64,000 nucleotides of DNA from Aplysia californica (Eukaryota): positions 1,721,962 through 1,785,961 of the forward strand of contig NW_004797279.1 in the NCBI RefSeq assembly GCF_000002075.1, given 5' to 3'. The position numbers and the translations under genes are program-made. Below are positions 1 to 11,662 of this stretch, piece after piece. The stretch's first letter is position 1, and the number at the start of each line of letters is the position of its first letter. The notes below the pieces were generated by a model, which saw nothing but the letters and a program-made list of their open reading frames with translations, was not told the DNA's origin and made no database searches.

Positions 1-100
1 TAAGTTTGTGTTTTGTTGAGGCTAGTGTTGCGGCTTGTGTGTCGTAAAACGTGGGTCGTGTGCGTGCTTGTGCTGGCGCGTATATGTTGGCAAGGCTGCG

Positions 101-178
101 CCGGGGAACAGCGACTCATGACGTCATTTTACCGGGGAACAGCGACCGGGGAACAGCGACCGGGGAACAGCGACTAGT
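101..178 (+). repeat. Four copies of CCGGGGAACAGCGA (three in tandem) ending in CTAGT; probably the end of an element that starts before the window
   Basis: Direct reading. Confidence 0.8.
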
Positions 179-506
179 ATTTTACTATATTTCTTTGTTA
201 CAGTTGAACTTGGAGTAATCGCCTACAGTATCGAATACAATTAGACCAAACATGTTACGTTTCGTCTCGATTTTCAGTAAGCTTAACTAGAGCTCAGTCA
301 AATCTCCCGCCACTCTGTTCCTAAGGAGGAACAAAAAAGAGAGAAGTTGATCACAGCGTAAAGCAATACGGAGATGTCGCAGAGAGAATTTTAAAGAAAA
401 ATTTCTTTTAAAATGCTGTGAGCTCAGTAGCAAGTTTGAAAACAGTCTCCAGAATGTTCTTAAAGTTTGAACTTTTGTTTTTCTCTCTTTGCATTGTCCT
501 CTTCAG

Positions 507-593
507 GTGGATGTCATCATTTTCAGTTTAGATGCAGCGATTGCAATTCTTCTTTTCATCTTTGTTTTCCGATTTGGTATTGTTTCTACATGA
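507..593 (+). CDS. Possible terminal exon of an upstream gene encoding a hydrophobic C-terminus (VDVIIFSLDAAIAILLFIFVFRFGIVST*)
   Basis: Strong acceptor (35-nt pyrimidine-rich tract + cttcAG|G at 506/507); phase unknown, family not recognised. Confidence 0.25.
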   Translation: MDVIIFSLDAAIAILLFIFVFRFGIVST

Positions 594-637
594 TTGGTCT
601 ATCATACTCCTACACGACCATACTCTTACTGACATGA

Positions 638-720
<83 letters not shown>
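638..720. repeat. (CA)n microsatellite
   Basis: ~40 CA units with one interruption. Confidence 0.98.
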
Positions 721-724
<4 letters not shown>

Positions 725-1227
725 ATCACATACATTTATAATTGGTTTTATTTTATTAAACATACATGCAGGTGCGTGTATCGACAAAGTACAAATACAA
801 TTTTTTAAAATCACCAAACAAACTGACAAATAAACTAAAAAATTTACGCACACGAATTTTAAAGGGAGTCATTAATTTACGACGCACAGATGTACGTGTG
901 TGTATCATTAAACAAAAATAAGATGAAAACAAAAACACCAAACAAACAAACAAATGAACAAACATGCACATGGATTTATGATGGAAGTCGTTTTATGAGG
1001 CATACATTATACATGTACAGGTGTGTATCAGTAGTGTAGAAATAGAGAGAGAAAAAAAAAGAAAACAGAAACAGAAACAAAAGACAACCAAACAAATAAA
1101 AACACACTGACTCACGAATTTCTACTTGGGATCATTTCACAGAACATAGAAATACAATATCATGTACATGTGTGTATTGTGTATGGGTTTAAAAAACATC
1201 CCTGGGAACAATCAGAACCAAACGTAC

Positions 1228-1672
1228 GGGGCTCTCGTGGTCTAGAGGTACGCGTTCGCTTTACATTCAACAAGTTCCAGGTTTGAAACCTAACAGCGAC
1301 GGAAACATTCAGTTTTTTCTCTAAAATGTTGTGTATTCACCTCCTTTCCTTTTCTCTAGACCTGTTCTGTCGTCTGCTTTCATCTCCACTTTCTCGCTCT
1401 AACCCGGCCCACCCCCGGCCAGTGGGCTCCTCCTTCCTTTGCTCCTTACTATTTCTACAAGTACTGCTTCTCCTTGCTCCTTCTTACTACTGTCTTTCAG
1501 CCACACATCCCTCATCTTAGGGTAACAGTGACCGAACTTATTTGGCTCGAGAAAAAAAATCTCGGAGGTCCCATATGCAAGCTGCCCACTTTAAGCTCTC
1601 TTGGTGGTTCTAAACTCGATAAGAGTAGGCTTCGGCCGCCACCAAGGCAAAATTCAAAATTAATTCATATCA
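1228..1672 (+). mobile_element. tRNA-derived SINE family 2 copy
   Basis: GGGGCTCTCGTGGTCTAGAGGT head; shared CT-rich body and AAGAGTAGGCTTCGGCC..GGCAAAATTCAAAA with 5428-5860, 9985-10395 and 30453-30900. Confidence 0.8.
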
Positions 1673-1894
1673 AAACCTGACAACACTCTAGTCAGTATAA
1701 AGTGATAAACAATACCTTCGAAATCTGAATGTGGCTACCTGAAAGCAAAGGGCCCTACAAAGTATGAAAAGCGGTCACATACGTAAAAATCAATTGTACT
1801 GCAGGTTGAAGAACCAGCGGTCGACTTCCCCTAAGATCTAGAGGAGGAGGAGGAAGAAGAAGAAGAAGAAGAAGAAGAAGAAGAAGAAGAAGAA

Positions 1895-2237
1895 GGTTAG
1901 GCTACCGGACTCGTAGTCGTGAGGTTGCGGGATCGAGGGTTCGAGCCGCGGGTCCGACGTTGTGTCCTTGGGAAAGGCACTTTACACGAATTTTCCTCAA
2001 TTCACCCAGGTGGGAATAGGTACCCGGCCATAGATAGCGAAATATCTTGTCAGTATGTTATTTTAACACCTATAAATAGCTGATTGCTCTGTATGTTTCC
2101 CAGGAAATTGAGTTTGTTTCAGAATGCTCTCAGGTCTGCTGGGGTAAAAGTATAGATTGTGAAGCACATAGAGCTTGCTGTTGAGCTGTGATTTGTGCTA
2201 CAAATGCCATCTATTTATATTATTATTATTATTATTA
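1895..2237 (+). mobile_element. SINE family 1 copy, slightly 5'-truncated, embedded in a (GAA)n microsatellite
   Basis: Colinear with 37124-37474; B box GGTTCGAGCC; (TAT)n tail; (GAA)n on both sides (1851-1894, 2238-2291). Confidence 0.88.
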
Positions 2238-2713
2238 AGAAGAAGAAGAAGAAGAAAAAGAAGAAGAAGAAGAAGAAGAAAAAGAAGAAGAGAATCAAAC
2301 GTCAGAACAACTTAATTATCCTGAGCATGATGCATAGATCAGTAAGAGGTTCCTAGTGCTAAGCCTAGCGTGAGCTTGACATTGTGTTTACTTTTAACAG
2401 GGTAACTGACCCAGAATTTAGACCAAACAAGGTTTCCTCCTTTGTAGAATCAACCGCAGATGGCAGTATCTATCGTTTTCTCAATGAGCATAGGAGAAAA
2501 GCATCTGTCGTTGGGGACAGAACATGATGAGTAAATGGAGTACGATTTTGTTTTTGTTTTGGGGGGGGGGGGGTCACAATGTTTTTGCTAGGAGTACTTG
2601 CCATGGGGAAATGCTGAGCGTTAGGCAGCTTTTTGAGTAAATATGAGCTCAACTAACAAAGAAGAGTTGGATTTCTTACACCCAGATGTAAGTTGAGTAC
2701 ATGTTTTACTGTA

Positions 2714-3419
2714 CAGTGGTGTCCAAAAGAAACTTGAAAATGTAATCACCCAATCATCGTGTTAAAACCTTGCACTTGTATACCCACTCATGCAGCATGC
2801 CAATTTAAAGCTAATTAAATCCTGCATCATCTGACACAATAATATTTCACGTATGTAAAGAGATGATCGAGATATGGTCACTTAAATCTGACCTTAAAAA
2901 TTCAAGCTTGGCAAAATTGGGCGAAATCAAAGAAACGTAAAAGTGTGTTCGTGCGTGTATTTAGGTTCATCAACGTTGGTGGAATAGATATGTATTGAAT
3001 GTCATATGAAAGGGAAATATTATTGTCTCTGCAATGAGCAACATCTTCTGAAATACATTTTCAAACAAGTTAGAAAACAGATTACTTACAAATACCATGC
3101 TGAACTTAGATTTAACATTGCATATACTCATTAGTATGATTTTGTTTTTGTTTAGGAGCTATTGGTCTTCTTGTAGAGCACAAACCTTTTAGAACATGGC
3201 TGTGTAAGTTAGATTTTGGAAAAATCATCTGTCAGTGAAGAGCAGAAGCCATGAAACTGTCATTTTTTGGGGTGGTGGGACGGAATGAACAAAATCGTCC
3301 GCATGTGAATCATCGGATGCCTTGCTTTAGTTGAATACATCGCGCAAGTGTTGGAATGTCATGTCTTACCCTTATTTCCCTCATGATGTCATTCAAAGTA
3401 GACATCTCCATTCATGGCA
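2714..3419. mobile_element. Probable Tc1/mariner-type non-autonomous element running into the assembly gap
   Basis: TA|CAGTGGTGTCCAAAAGAAAC left end; no partner TIR visible before the N-run. Confidence 0.35.
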
Positions 3420-5427
3420 NNNNNNNNNNNNNNNNNNNNNNNNNNNNNNNNNNNNNNNNNNNNNNNNNNNNNNNNNNNNNNNNNNNNNNNNNNNNNNNNN
3501 NNNNNNNNNNNNNNNNNNNAAATAAGGTCACCCTAAAATAAAACGAAATAAATAAATAAATAAAAAATAATTAAAAATTCTTGAACACAATATTGATACC
3601 AAAGATCAAGAAACCGCAATAAAAACAAAAGTTGGGCTTAGTACATTGACAGCTGGCAGATTATGTGGACTGAAAGCCCAATGTTTCGCAATTTATCCTG
3701 CTTCTGTGCGGTCATATTGTCTTGCTTAGTTTAGGATTGAAAGAAGAATTTGTAAGGTGCCCTCAGTTTGTCAAACATGTATTTTTTGTTCTATATTTTT
3801 AAAATAAAGTATTACACATACAGTTAATATTTAAAATCAGCTCAATAAATCTTTCCAACGTCAGCATCAAATTGACAATCAGTGCAGTGTCTTTTCACGA
3901 GAGAAACCTGCTCAGACCGCTGGACTTAGGCTACAGCTGCATTATTCAAGAAGGAAGTTATACATACCTAGAATTGGGGCAGGGAAAAAGATTACTATAT
4001 ATATATGTGTCCTCTATGTCTTACCCAGGTTATGCCTCTTCCCCTAAAAAAAATTGGAGCGCATGCGCGAAGTTTGGATTTAGCTTATTAAAATAGAAGC
4101 AAAGGCATAAAATCTAAGATAGCCATCAGCAGAGTTCGAACTAGCCCCCCCAAAAAAACAAAAAAAACAACAACCCAACCCCAAAGCAAACAACAACTCC
4201 AAAAAACAAAAGCTCTTTGACTTAATTGTAATTTCTTAAAGACTGAATTTATTCCAAATCGCTAGAGGCCATAGTCACTACTGTGCTTCAGTTAACATAG
4301 AAACTGAGACAAAAAAAAATTAGAACAAAATACTGTTTCCTGGTGGTATCAGGCACAGCACTCCTGTGCACAGTAAAACACCATTGTTTTGATTATAAAA
4401 GTAGGATTGTGTTGGACATATAAAGTTCAAATAGAAAGGATATCAGTGTGCATTAGCATAAAAGGAAAATACTAGACACATTTTATAAATGGGGCATAAA
4501 TTTGCAATATACAGGGCCCAATTTATTAAAACAAATATATGAACATCATGGGTATTTGCACCAAAATCCTGTTGATCATATAACAAAAAACCCCAACAAT
4601 TTTTGTTGATCGAGGCGTTTAAAAAAAATTGAATTTTCTTCTCAGCCTCAAAAAATATGAATCACCTTGTAACATGGCCAACTTCAATATATTACAATAT
4701 AACCTGAGAAGCTAACATTTTTTATCTGTTTTGAGTCTCAAAAGTAAAATTTTGAGTCTAGGATGTATGAAATGATACTATGAATAGCTCACTTGACCTC
4801 AAAGTTTGTGTAAAAAGCACAAAAAAGGTAACTGTAACCTGCCCTAACAAAACCACTTCATTCACTTGACCCTGGACCCTGGACTCTGACAAGATGAAAT
4901 GCTCAAAGGGGAGTTCCCAACTTCAAATAAAACTCCACCACTGGTAGACGATGCATAAAAATAATGGGAAAGATGCAACATGGATGATCCTCAGTTACTA
5001 TTTTAAAAACGACTATTTTTCACGACTATAATTATCAATATTACTGTAATATTTCTCTTTTATTACATCATTTCTATCACTAGTGCTATCCTTGTTATAA
5101 CTACATGTACTACTATTATTAACAGTATATTAATATACTTTTTAATCTAAAACTTACAAGTTACTACAAGATGTGTTTATTGGAGAAGTCATGATGTGTC
5201 ACAAAATCATTACTGCTTGAAGGTTCTTTGCTGGTGTCTCTGATCACCCAGTACAGCTAAATTAGTTTATAAGACTACAGTACCCTTAACCTTTAATACT
5301 TACTAAGAGAAGGCTCAGTGTCTGTACCAAGAAAAGTCTCATATAGGAAAGTAAGGCTTCATTCCCACCACCGTGTAATCGTAAAAAATGTGCTTCAGTC
5401 GTCAGTGTCATTATCTAGGCCAGGGAT

Positions 5428-5860
5428 CATTTTTGGAAAGTGTTTTGCCGCGCTCACAACTGCATAAGGTCATATGAGGGCGCAGGACACATTAAGCATA
5501 ATTTTTAGTTGGTAGGAAATTTTGAATTTTGCCCCGGTGGCTGTTGAAGCCTACTCTTATCGATTTGAGACCACCAAGGGATCTTTAACGAGCGCAACTT
5601 GCACACGAGACCTCCAAGATTTTTCACCCTTGTCCGAGAAGGCTAGGTGTAGATCTTTCCTACCAGAAGACCAGGGGTGTGGCTGAAAGACAGTAGTAAG
5701 AAGGAACCAAGTAGTAGCAGTAGAAACGCTACAGAAAGAGTCAGAAGCCAAGAGGAGGGGTCAAAGGGGGTGAGGGGGTTGGGGGAGAAAGTGGAGACGA
5801 AAGCAGATGACAGAACATTGCTAGAGAGCTGGAAAAAAGGTGAAAGAAGACAATTTTAGC
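5428..5860 (-). mobile_element. SINE family 2 copy (head missing)
   Basis: Shared body and tail (..TGACCTTATGCAGTTG.GAGCGC.G.AAAACAC on -). Confidence 0.8.
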
Positions 5861-5953
5861 TGTCATTATTTTTATTCCATACAGGAAGTTCATCTCTACC
5901 CAAGTATTAACACATTTTTGTGTTTTAAAAAAACTTCATAATACATCTTTCTA

Positions 5954-6813
5954 AGGCCGGTCCCAGAGTGGCTCTGTAGGTCTGACCTGTAGCTTGCCTG
6001 GCTCGCACCGTGCTAATTAATGTATACATTATCGTGTGCTTAAGTAACGTCGCTGTGTCGTCTGTTTTTTGTCAGCTGAGCTGCGCGATGAGTCAGACGT
6101 GCTATTCAACAGTGTTGTAAAAATGGCGGACATGTGTCGCCTCGCTTCGTGTTTATTTCCGACTGAAACTCTTCACAGATCATCAAAATCAACAAGAAGT
6201 AAGTATTATTAGGTGCTTTACTATTAAATATCGATGCTAGCATCAACACTTGGCCACAAAATCACCCAGAAATGCACTTTATCATACTTTGAAACTTCGA
6301 ATCGAGAGGTTGACCTAGTTTCGACTGTTGTCGTAGGCCTAGGCCTAGGCCTAGATCTAGGTGTGCTTCTCTAGATTCTAGATCTAGATCCCGTGACCCC
6401 GAGCCGAACCTTACTGTGCATTCAGACAAAAGATCTGCATCCATCTACGTCCTTCATTCAGACAAATGCATTGAAACCAATGTAAACTATCGCCACGCGC
6501 AGCTGCAAGTGTGTTTGTGTGTGTGGGGGGGAGAGGGGGTTGCACTTGGCTCAAGACGTAAAGAAGAGTTGTCCCGTCTTGGTATAATTGGTCTTGGATT
6601 ACACAGTACTTAAATATAGCAAGGCAGACCCATCAGTTGCACACCTAGCCTACACACGTCAACACACAGTGCGGCTGTGCTGAGACGCAGCGAGTGTGCC
6701 TCGTGCTCGCTGAGAAACAGGCGCCAACCCACAGTGCGGCTGTGCTGACACGCACACGGTGTGCGCCAGGCGAGCTACAGGTCAGACCTACAGAGCCACT
6801 CTGGGACCGGCCT
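5954..6813. mobile_element. MITE with ~58-bp TIRs (AGGCCGGTCCCAGAGTGGCTCTGTAGGTCTGACCTGTAGC...), TA flanks; superfamily uncertain
   Basis: First ~40 bp of the TIR are a perfect inverted match; CpG-rich interior. Confidence 0.9.
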
Positions 6814-7344
6814 TAGTTGTATGCAAGCTGCCACAGACACAGCATGATTCATGAACAAACGCAGAGTAACTTTCTCTAGTTTAATGGTAGAAATAGAGGT
6901 AATGCTGAGTGTCTTTAGTTTAAAAAATGCAGACGTGCATCTTTCTTCTCTTATAACTTGACAATTACTACTCACGCAGATTTAAGATTTCTCATGGTAA
7001 AAAGGCATGATATTTGTAGTCAGTAACACAGATTCTGGAGAGATCTGTTGTGCCTTTTTAAAATAAACAATAATTTATTCATAAGTATGTAACTAAAATA
7101 GGACAAATTGGGTACTCTACAAACACTTCTAGAACAAAAACTAAGGCACAGAAATTAACCATTCTAACGCTAAATAAATCTCAGGACATTGAGCTTTTAG
7201 AACATGATGCGCGAAATGGTTTGCTGTGTGGAATGGGGAAGAAGTTATATCGTTTCAAATGTAAACAAAAATGAAAACTTCTTAACCGACAGCGGCAAAG
7301 TCGCTTCAAGGCTCATTAACCCTGTGACCCCGAGCCGAACCTTA

Positions 7345-7788
7345 CTGTGCATTCAGACAAAAGATCTGCATCCATCCACGTCCTTCATTCAGACAAATGG
7401 ACCAATTTAGTTCAAGATCTCACCTGCTGGTGTTCAGACCTAAGTCTCACATTCATCGCCTCATGCGTTGAAGGGAGTTGACGGGAGTCCATCTTGTGCG
7501 TTAATGATGAGCATAACATTTCTTCAATCAAGTCTAGCGAAGAGGGGCAAAATTTTTTTTTGAAATGGTTAAATCTGACAGGTTTATCTGAAAATTTTGA
7601 TGCGAAAACATACCAAGATATAATTGGAATTGACCTCAGTTTGTCGATTAAACTGAATTCCTGAATTTTAAAAAAATCAACCCGTTCTGCAATTCGCCCG
7701 AGGTTGGAGGTGAAAAAGGCACACCAACAAAGGAACAGTTGGTGAGACTTGAGAAAGACGGACGTAGGTCTTTGGTCTGAATGCACAT
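7345..7788. mobile_element. PIF/Harbinger-like MITE
   Basis: TIR TGTGCATTCAGAC(A/C)AAAGA..., TTA on both flanks. Confidence 0.75.
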
Positions 7789-8443
7789 TTAGATGGGAGG
7801 AAGTCTTAGAGATGGGAGGAAGTCTTAGACTTTCATTAATTTAAAAAAAATGCAAAGTTGACTAGATAGTGGTTACTTTTATAAACGAGTAGGTGATTGT
7901 CTAGGACAGGTAGCCGTTGTAGAAGCAGAAACAACTGTATCAGGCGGGCCTAAAATAAATTAGATTAAATATACACATCTGTTGACATTGAAGGCCGGAG
8001 ACCTTTCTGTTTAGTGATTTGTAAATAAATTTGGTAAGTTTTAATTTTCACTTTCGCACACAGGATGACTGCTTCGCGGGTCAAATTGCACAGTTATTGT
8101 TTGCTGCAGATCACACATAAAGCCACTAAAACTGTTGCAAATAAATTTTTTTCAAGAAAATTTCAAACCTAACTGTAAAATATCAAATATGGGTTAAAAC
8201 AGGCATGCCCCCATGTAACCGCCCTGATTTTCTTTACGAAGAGACTATTTCTCCGAACGTAAACTTGACCTAGATCTAGATCTATATTTCTCCGGCTTCC
8301 ATTCTCGAGACTTTTTGGTTATTTGTGAAAGTTCAGCGTAATATTTCATTCTCTGCCATTCTACGAGGACTGGGAAGAAGTATTTTTTGAATTGAATTCA
8401 ATTTCTAGAGCTAGAGATTTTTAAACGTCTGAATATGCAGATA

Positions 8444-9272
8444 CAGTCCGTGCCGGCTATAAGCACACCGCCTTAAGCACGTTTCGGACTCAAGCACGCT
8501 AAACGGCTCTTACCGAATTTTTGCTATATAAATTACACGCCTATAAGCACGGTAACTTCGGCTTCAAGCACGCTTCATTTACAAGACAGTCAATATTATG
8601 ATGACCCATCGAAGTTCGAACACAGTTTACACTGCAGCAGTGGAGTGTGTCAAGAGAAACACAAAGAACGCAAGTGATGGACACGCACACTCACACGGGC
8701 GGAAAGGAAGGCAGAGAGATGCACACAGCCGTGCGCACGGACATAGGATCTAGATCTAGCCTAGGCCTAGGGCAAAGCTACACACGACCCCCCCCAAAAA
8801 AATACAAAGAGAGTCAGGGAGACGAGAAAGGGAGGCTGGCTGAGATTTTACATTTGACCCTCGCTATCCATTAATCTTTATTGTGTATCACGCGCGAGGT
8901 GGGATGAAGGCGGTGGTATGAGTGGCACAGCAGGCAGTGGTACGCACAGGCAGTGTGTTACAGTAGGCCTAGTGTGCTGTATCGTGACTGGCCGTCTAAA
9001 TTAAGTTTTCATTTCCCATTCGACCACAAAACAAAAACAAACAAGCGAACAAAAACAAACAAGCGAACAAAAACTACCATGGCGGGTGTCTAAATAACAG
9101 TGCACACTTTTGCGGGACCGCTATAGGCCTACTTACAAACAAAGGGAAATAGCACGGGGAATTTTCTATATGAAAATCTCTGGATTGTGTCTACTTCGCA
9201 CTTAAGCACGCTTCGGCTTTAAGCACGCTTAAGCTTTCTCCCGATGACCGTGCTTAAAGCCTGCATGGACTG
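8444..9272 (+). mobile_element. MITE family C copy 1 (pogo/Tigger-type)
   Basis: TIR CAGTCC(G/A)TGC(C/A)GGCT..AAGCAC, TA flanks, subterminal AAGCACG repeats; closely similar inverted copy at 34496-35301. Confidence 0.92.
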
Positions 9273-9984
9273 TACTTCAATTGTAGTTGGGGCAATGTTC
9301 CTGGACTATAGCTTAATTTGCGACGGAAATGAAGTTGATATTTGTGTTCAGCGCTTCAATATTTAGATCTAGTGGAAAATGGACAACTGGCAGCTAGATT
9401 CTAGATCTTATAGATCTAGATGTGAGACAGGAGGGAAAGTAAAAAGAACACAGAGACTATTTGAAACGCTGCATTCTGATTAGCTCCCATGCTATTTGAA
9501 ACGGAGCCATCATTTCTACATAATACTGTAGTTCTGCCTGAATTGTGGAGGCTTTCTCAGTTTCTTGATAAACCTCCTAGGATTTGACTCCTTTTTATGA
9601 CGTTGTCTTTTAATTCCGATCAATATTGGCATTAGTCTAGATCTCGATCTAGATCTAACAATATTTTGTTTCTGACATGGTTTGCACAAAAGTAGCCTTG
9701 TTCATCTCTCATAATCATAATCATAAAATTGAGTTTGACCAAGTAGATCTAAGTCAAAAGACGCTTGGATAATAATATAATAACAAGACGGTGAAACTCG
9801 GTAAGCACTATTTCCTGTCCGCAGTGTCGTCATACAATACCTAAAAATATTATCACTGCGTGCACATTATATTTTGCCATCACATTCACGAATGACGTCG
9901 CCTGATCTAGAATTCTAGATATCTAGATCTAGATCTAGACTCTAGACATCTAGACCTAGATCAAGATCTAGAGATCTCAGGCTA

Positions 9985-10395
9985 TTTTTTTTTGGTAAGT
10001 GTTTTACGGCGCTCGCAACTGCATTAAGGTAATGAGCGCGCAGGACACATTAAACTTTTGAATTTTGCCCAGGTGGTGGCCGAAGCCTACTCTTACGCTT
10101 ACCACCAAGTGGGACCTTTAACATGCGCAACTTGCACATACGGGCCCTCCGAGATTTTTCGCCCTTGTCTGAGAAGGCTAGAGGTGTAGATCTTTCCTAC
10201 CAGAAGATCAGGGGTGCGCCTGAAAGACAGCAGTCGAGGAACCAAGGATATCACTGAATATCAGTAGAAAGGCTGCAGAAAGATCAGAAGAAGCCCAGAG
10301 GAGGGGTCAAAGGGGGTGAGGGGTGAGGCGTGAGGGGTGGGGCAGAAAGTGGAGACGAAAGCAGATGACAGAAGACAAGAGTAGGAAAAAAGATT
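9985..10395 (-). mobile_element. SINE family 2 copy (head missing, A-tail at 9985-9993)
   Basis: Colinear with 5428-5860. Confidence 0.8.
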
Positions 10396-11033
10396 AGGCC
10401 GAAAAGATCCGTAATCAAATTACTGACTGAGAATGGAGAAAATCACAACTTACCCGTTTTGCTGCTTGGCTTCCACCAACACTCCAGCGTCTCAATGCCT
10501 CATAGATTCTAGATCTACGAACATCTCATAGGTGACTTGGTTATAATCTATGATAAATTTTTTTGTGTCCCAATTAGTCACACGATTCGGACTGTGGTCT
10601 TGAACAAACTATAACAATAATAATTAGGCCTATGTGACCTTTCACCAGGTCAGTTTCCATATCCGTCTTTCTAGTAAGTTGTTTAATTGTCCAAACTCCA
10701 CAATCTTAAACAAAATCATTCTGACTTTTGTAAGCGTAACAACATTCAAAAATACATTTTGAAAATGAAGTTTCAAATATCTTAATTCAAAAAGTACATA
10801 GTACACAGCATGAGCTCTAAAAAAATAATATTCAAGCTTGATGTGAAAAATAATTTTTGAGTCTCAGTTGTTTTTGAAATACATTGGTATTTAGTATTTT
10901 TAGCAAGGGAAGCCACTCTGTAAATAAATTTTCAACTCTACAACTCTCTCTACAATGTGTGGATGTTCGTCGTGGTGTGTTAAGTGTAGTGTACGTCGTG
11001 CCAAGGTCTGGCCAAGACTTTGCTTCAAACTTT

Positions 11034-11284
11034 GGTAAGATTGAAGAATACCGGACCAGCGGACTGACTTTGCCTATGTCCCAACCTTAGGAATTCATAA
11101 ATTTCCCGTTTTTAATATTAATATCTCTCAATGGACCGGTCTAGATTCTAGATCTAGATCTATTCTTTAAAATTTTGTCCCCCTGAACCCCCCCTCTCCC
11201 CTCCTCCACCCCAACCACCCGCCCCACCAACCCCGCTTTCTCGCGCAATAATGTATGAGTGGTCCGGTATTCTTCAATCTTCCC
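11034..11284. mobile_element. Small MITE (~250 bp)
   Basis: 22-bp perfect IR AAGATTGAAGAATACCGGACCA (11037-11058 / 11260-11281), GG..CC termini. Confidence 0.75.
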
Positions 11285-11314
11285 ATGGAAACATACATGT
11301 TTAAGCCATTGCCT

Positions 11315-11413
11315 CTAGAGTAGAGTCTAGATCTAGATATAGATATAGATCTAGATTCTAGATTAGATCTAGACTTAGATCTAGATCTAGATCTAGATCT
11401 AGATTTAGATCTA
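11315..11413. repeat. Array of TA-GA(N0-2)TC-TA palindromic units ((TAGATC)n-like); similar arrays at 9908-9970 and 6334-6390
   Basis: Direct reading; see findings. Confidence 0.95.
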
Positions 11414-11488
11414 AAAATCTACATTTCGTCTCGTCTCATTTATGTGTTTTGGCTTTGGTGTGAATTGATATTGATGAATGAATTTTTC

Positions 11489-11662
11489 GGGAGGACTTCC
11501 GTAACGAGCGACCACTGCCACTATGAGACAGAGCAGAATTGAGGGCTTGGGCTAGGGGTAGGGGTAAGGGTAGGGTTAGGGTTAGGATTAGGGTTAGGTC
11601 TAGATCTAGGCCTCTTCTTTATTGTATTTGATGGGGTGGTCGCTCGTTACGTAAGTCCTTCC
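11489..11662. mobile_element. Small MITE containing telomere-like (TTAGGG)n repeats
   Basis: 27-bp imperfect TIR GGGAGGACTTCCGTAACGAGCGACCAC; AATTTTT direct repeat on both flanks; GGGTTA-like array at 11551-11598. Confidence 0.8.

Noticed and set aside
101-178. CRISPR-like repeat
   Set aside because: 14-bp units mostly abut with no unique spacers; eukaryotic context and no cas genes.
528-971. ORFs with VCVC/THTH repeats
   Set aside because: Translations of the (CA)n microsatellite.
9516-9632. Short basic minus-strand ORF MPILIGIKRQRHKKESNPRRFIKKLRKPPQFRQNYSIM
   Set aside because: Only 38 codons, with no splice or homology support.
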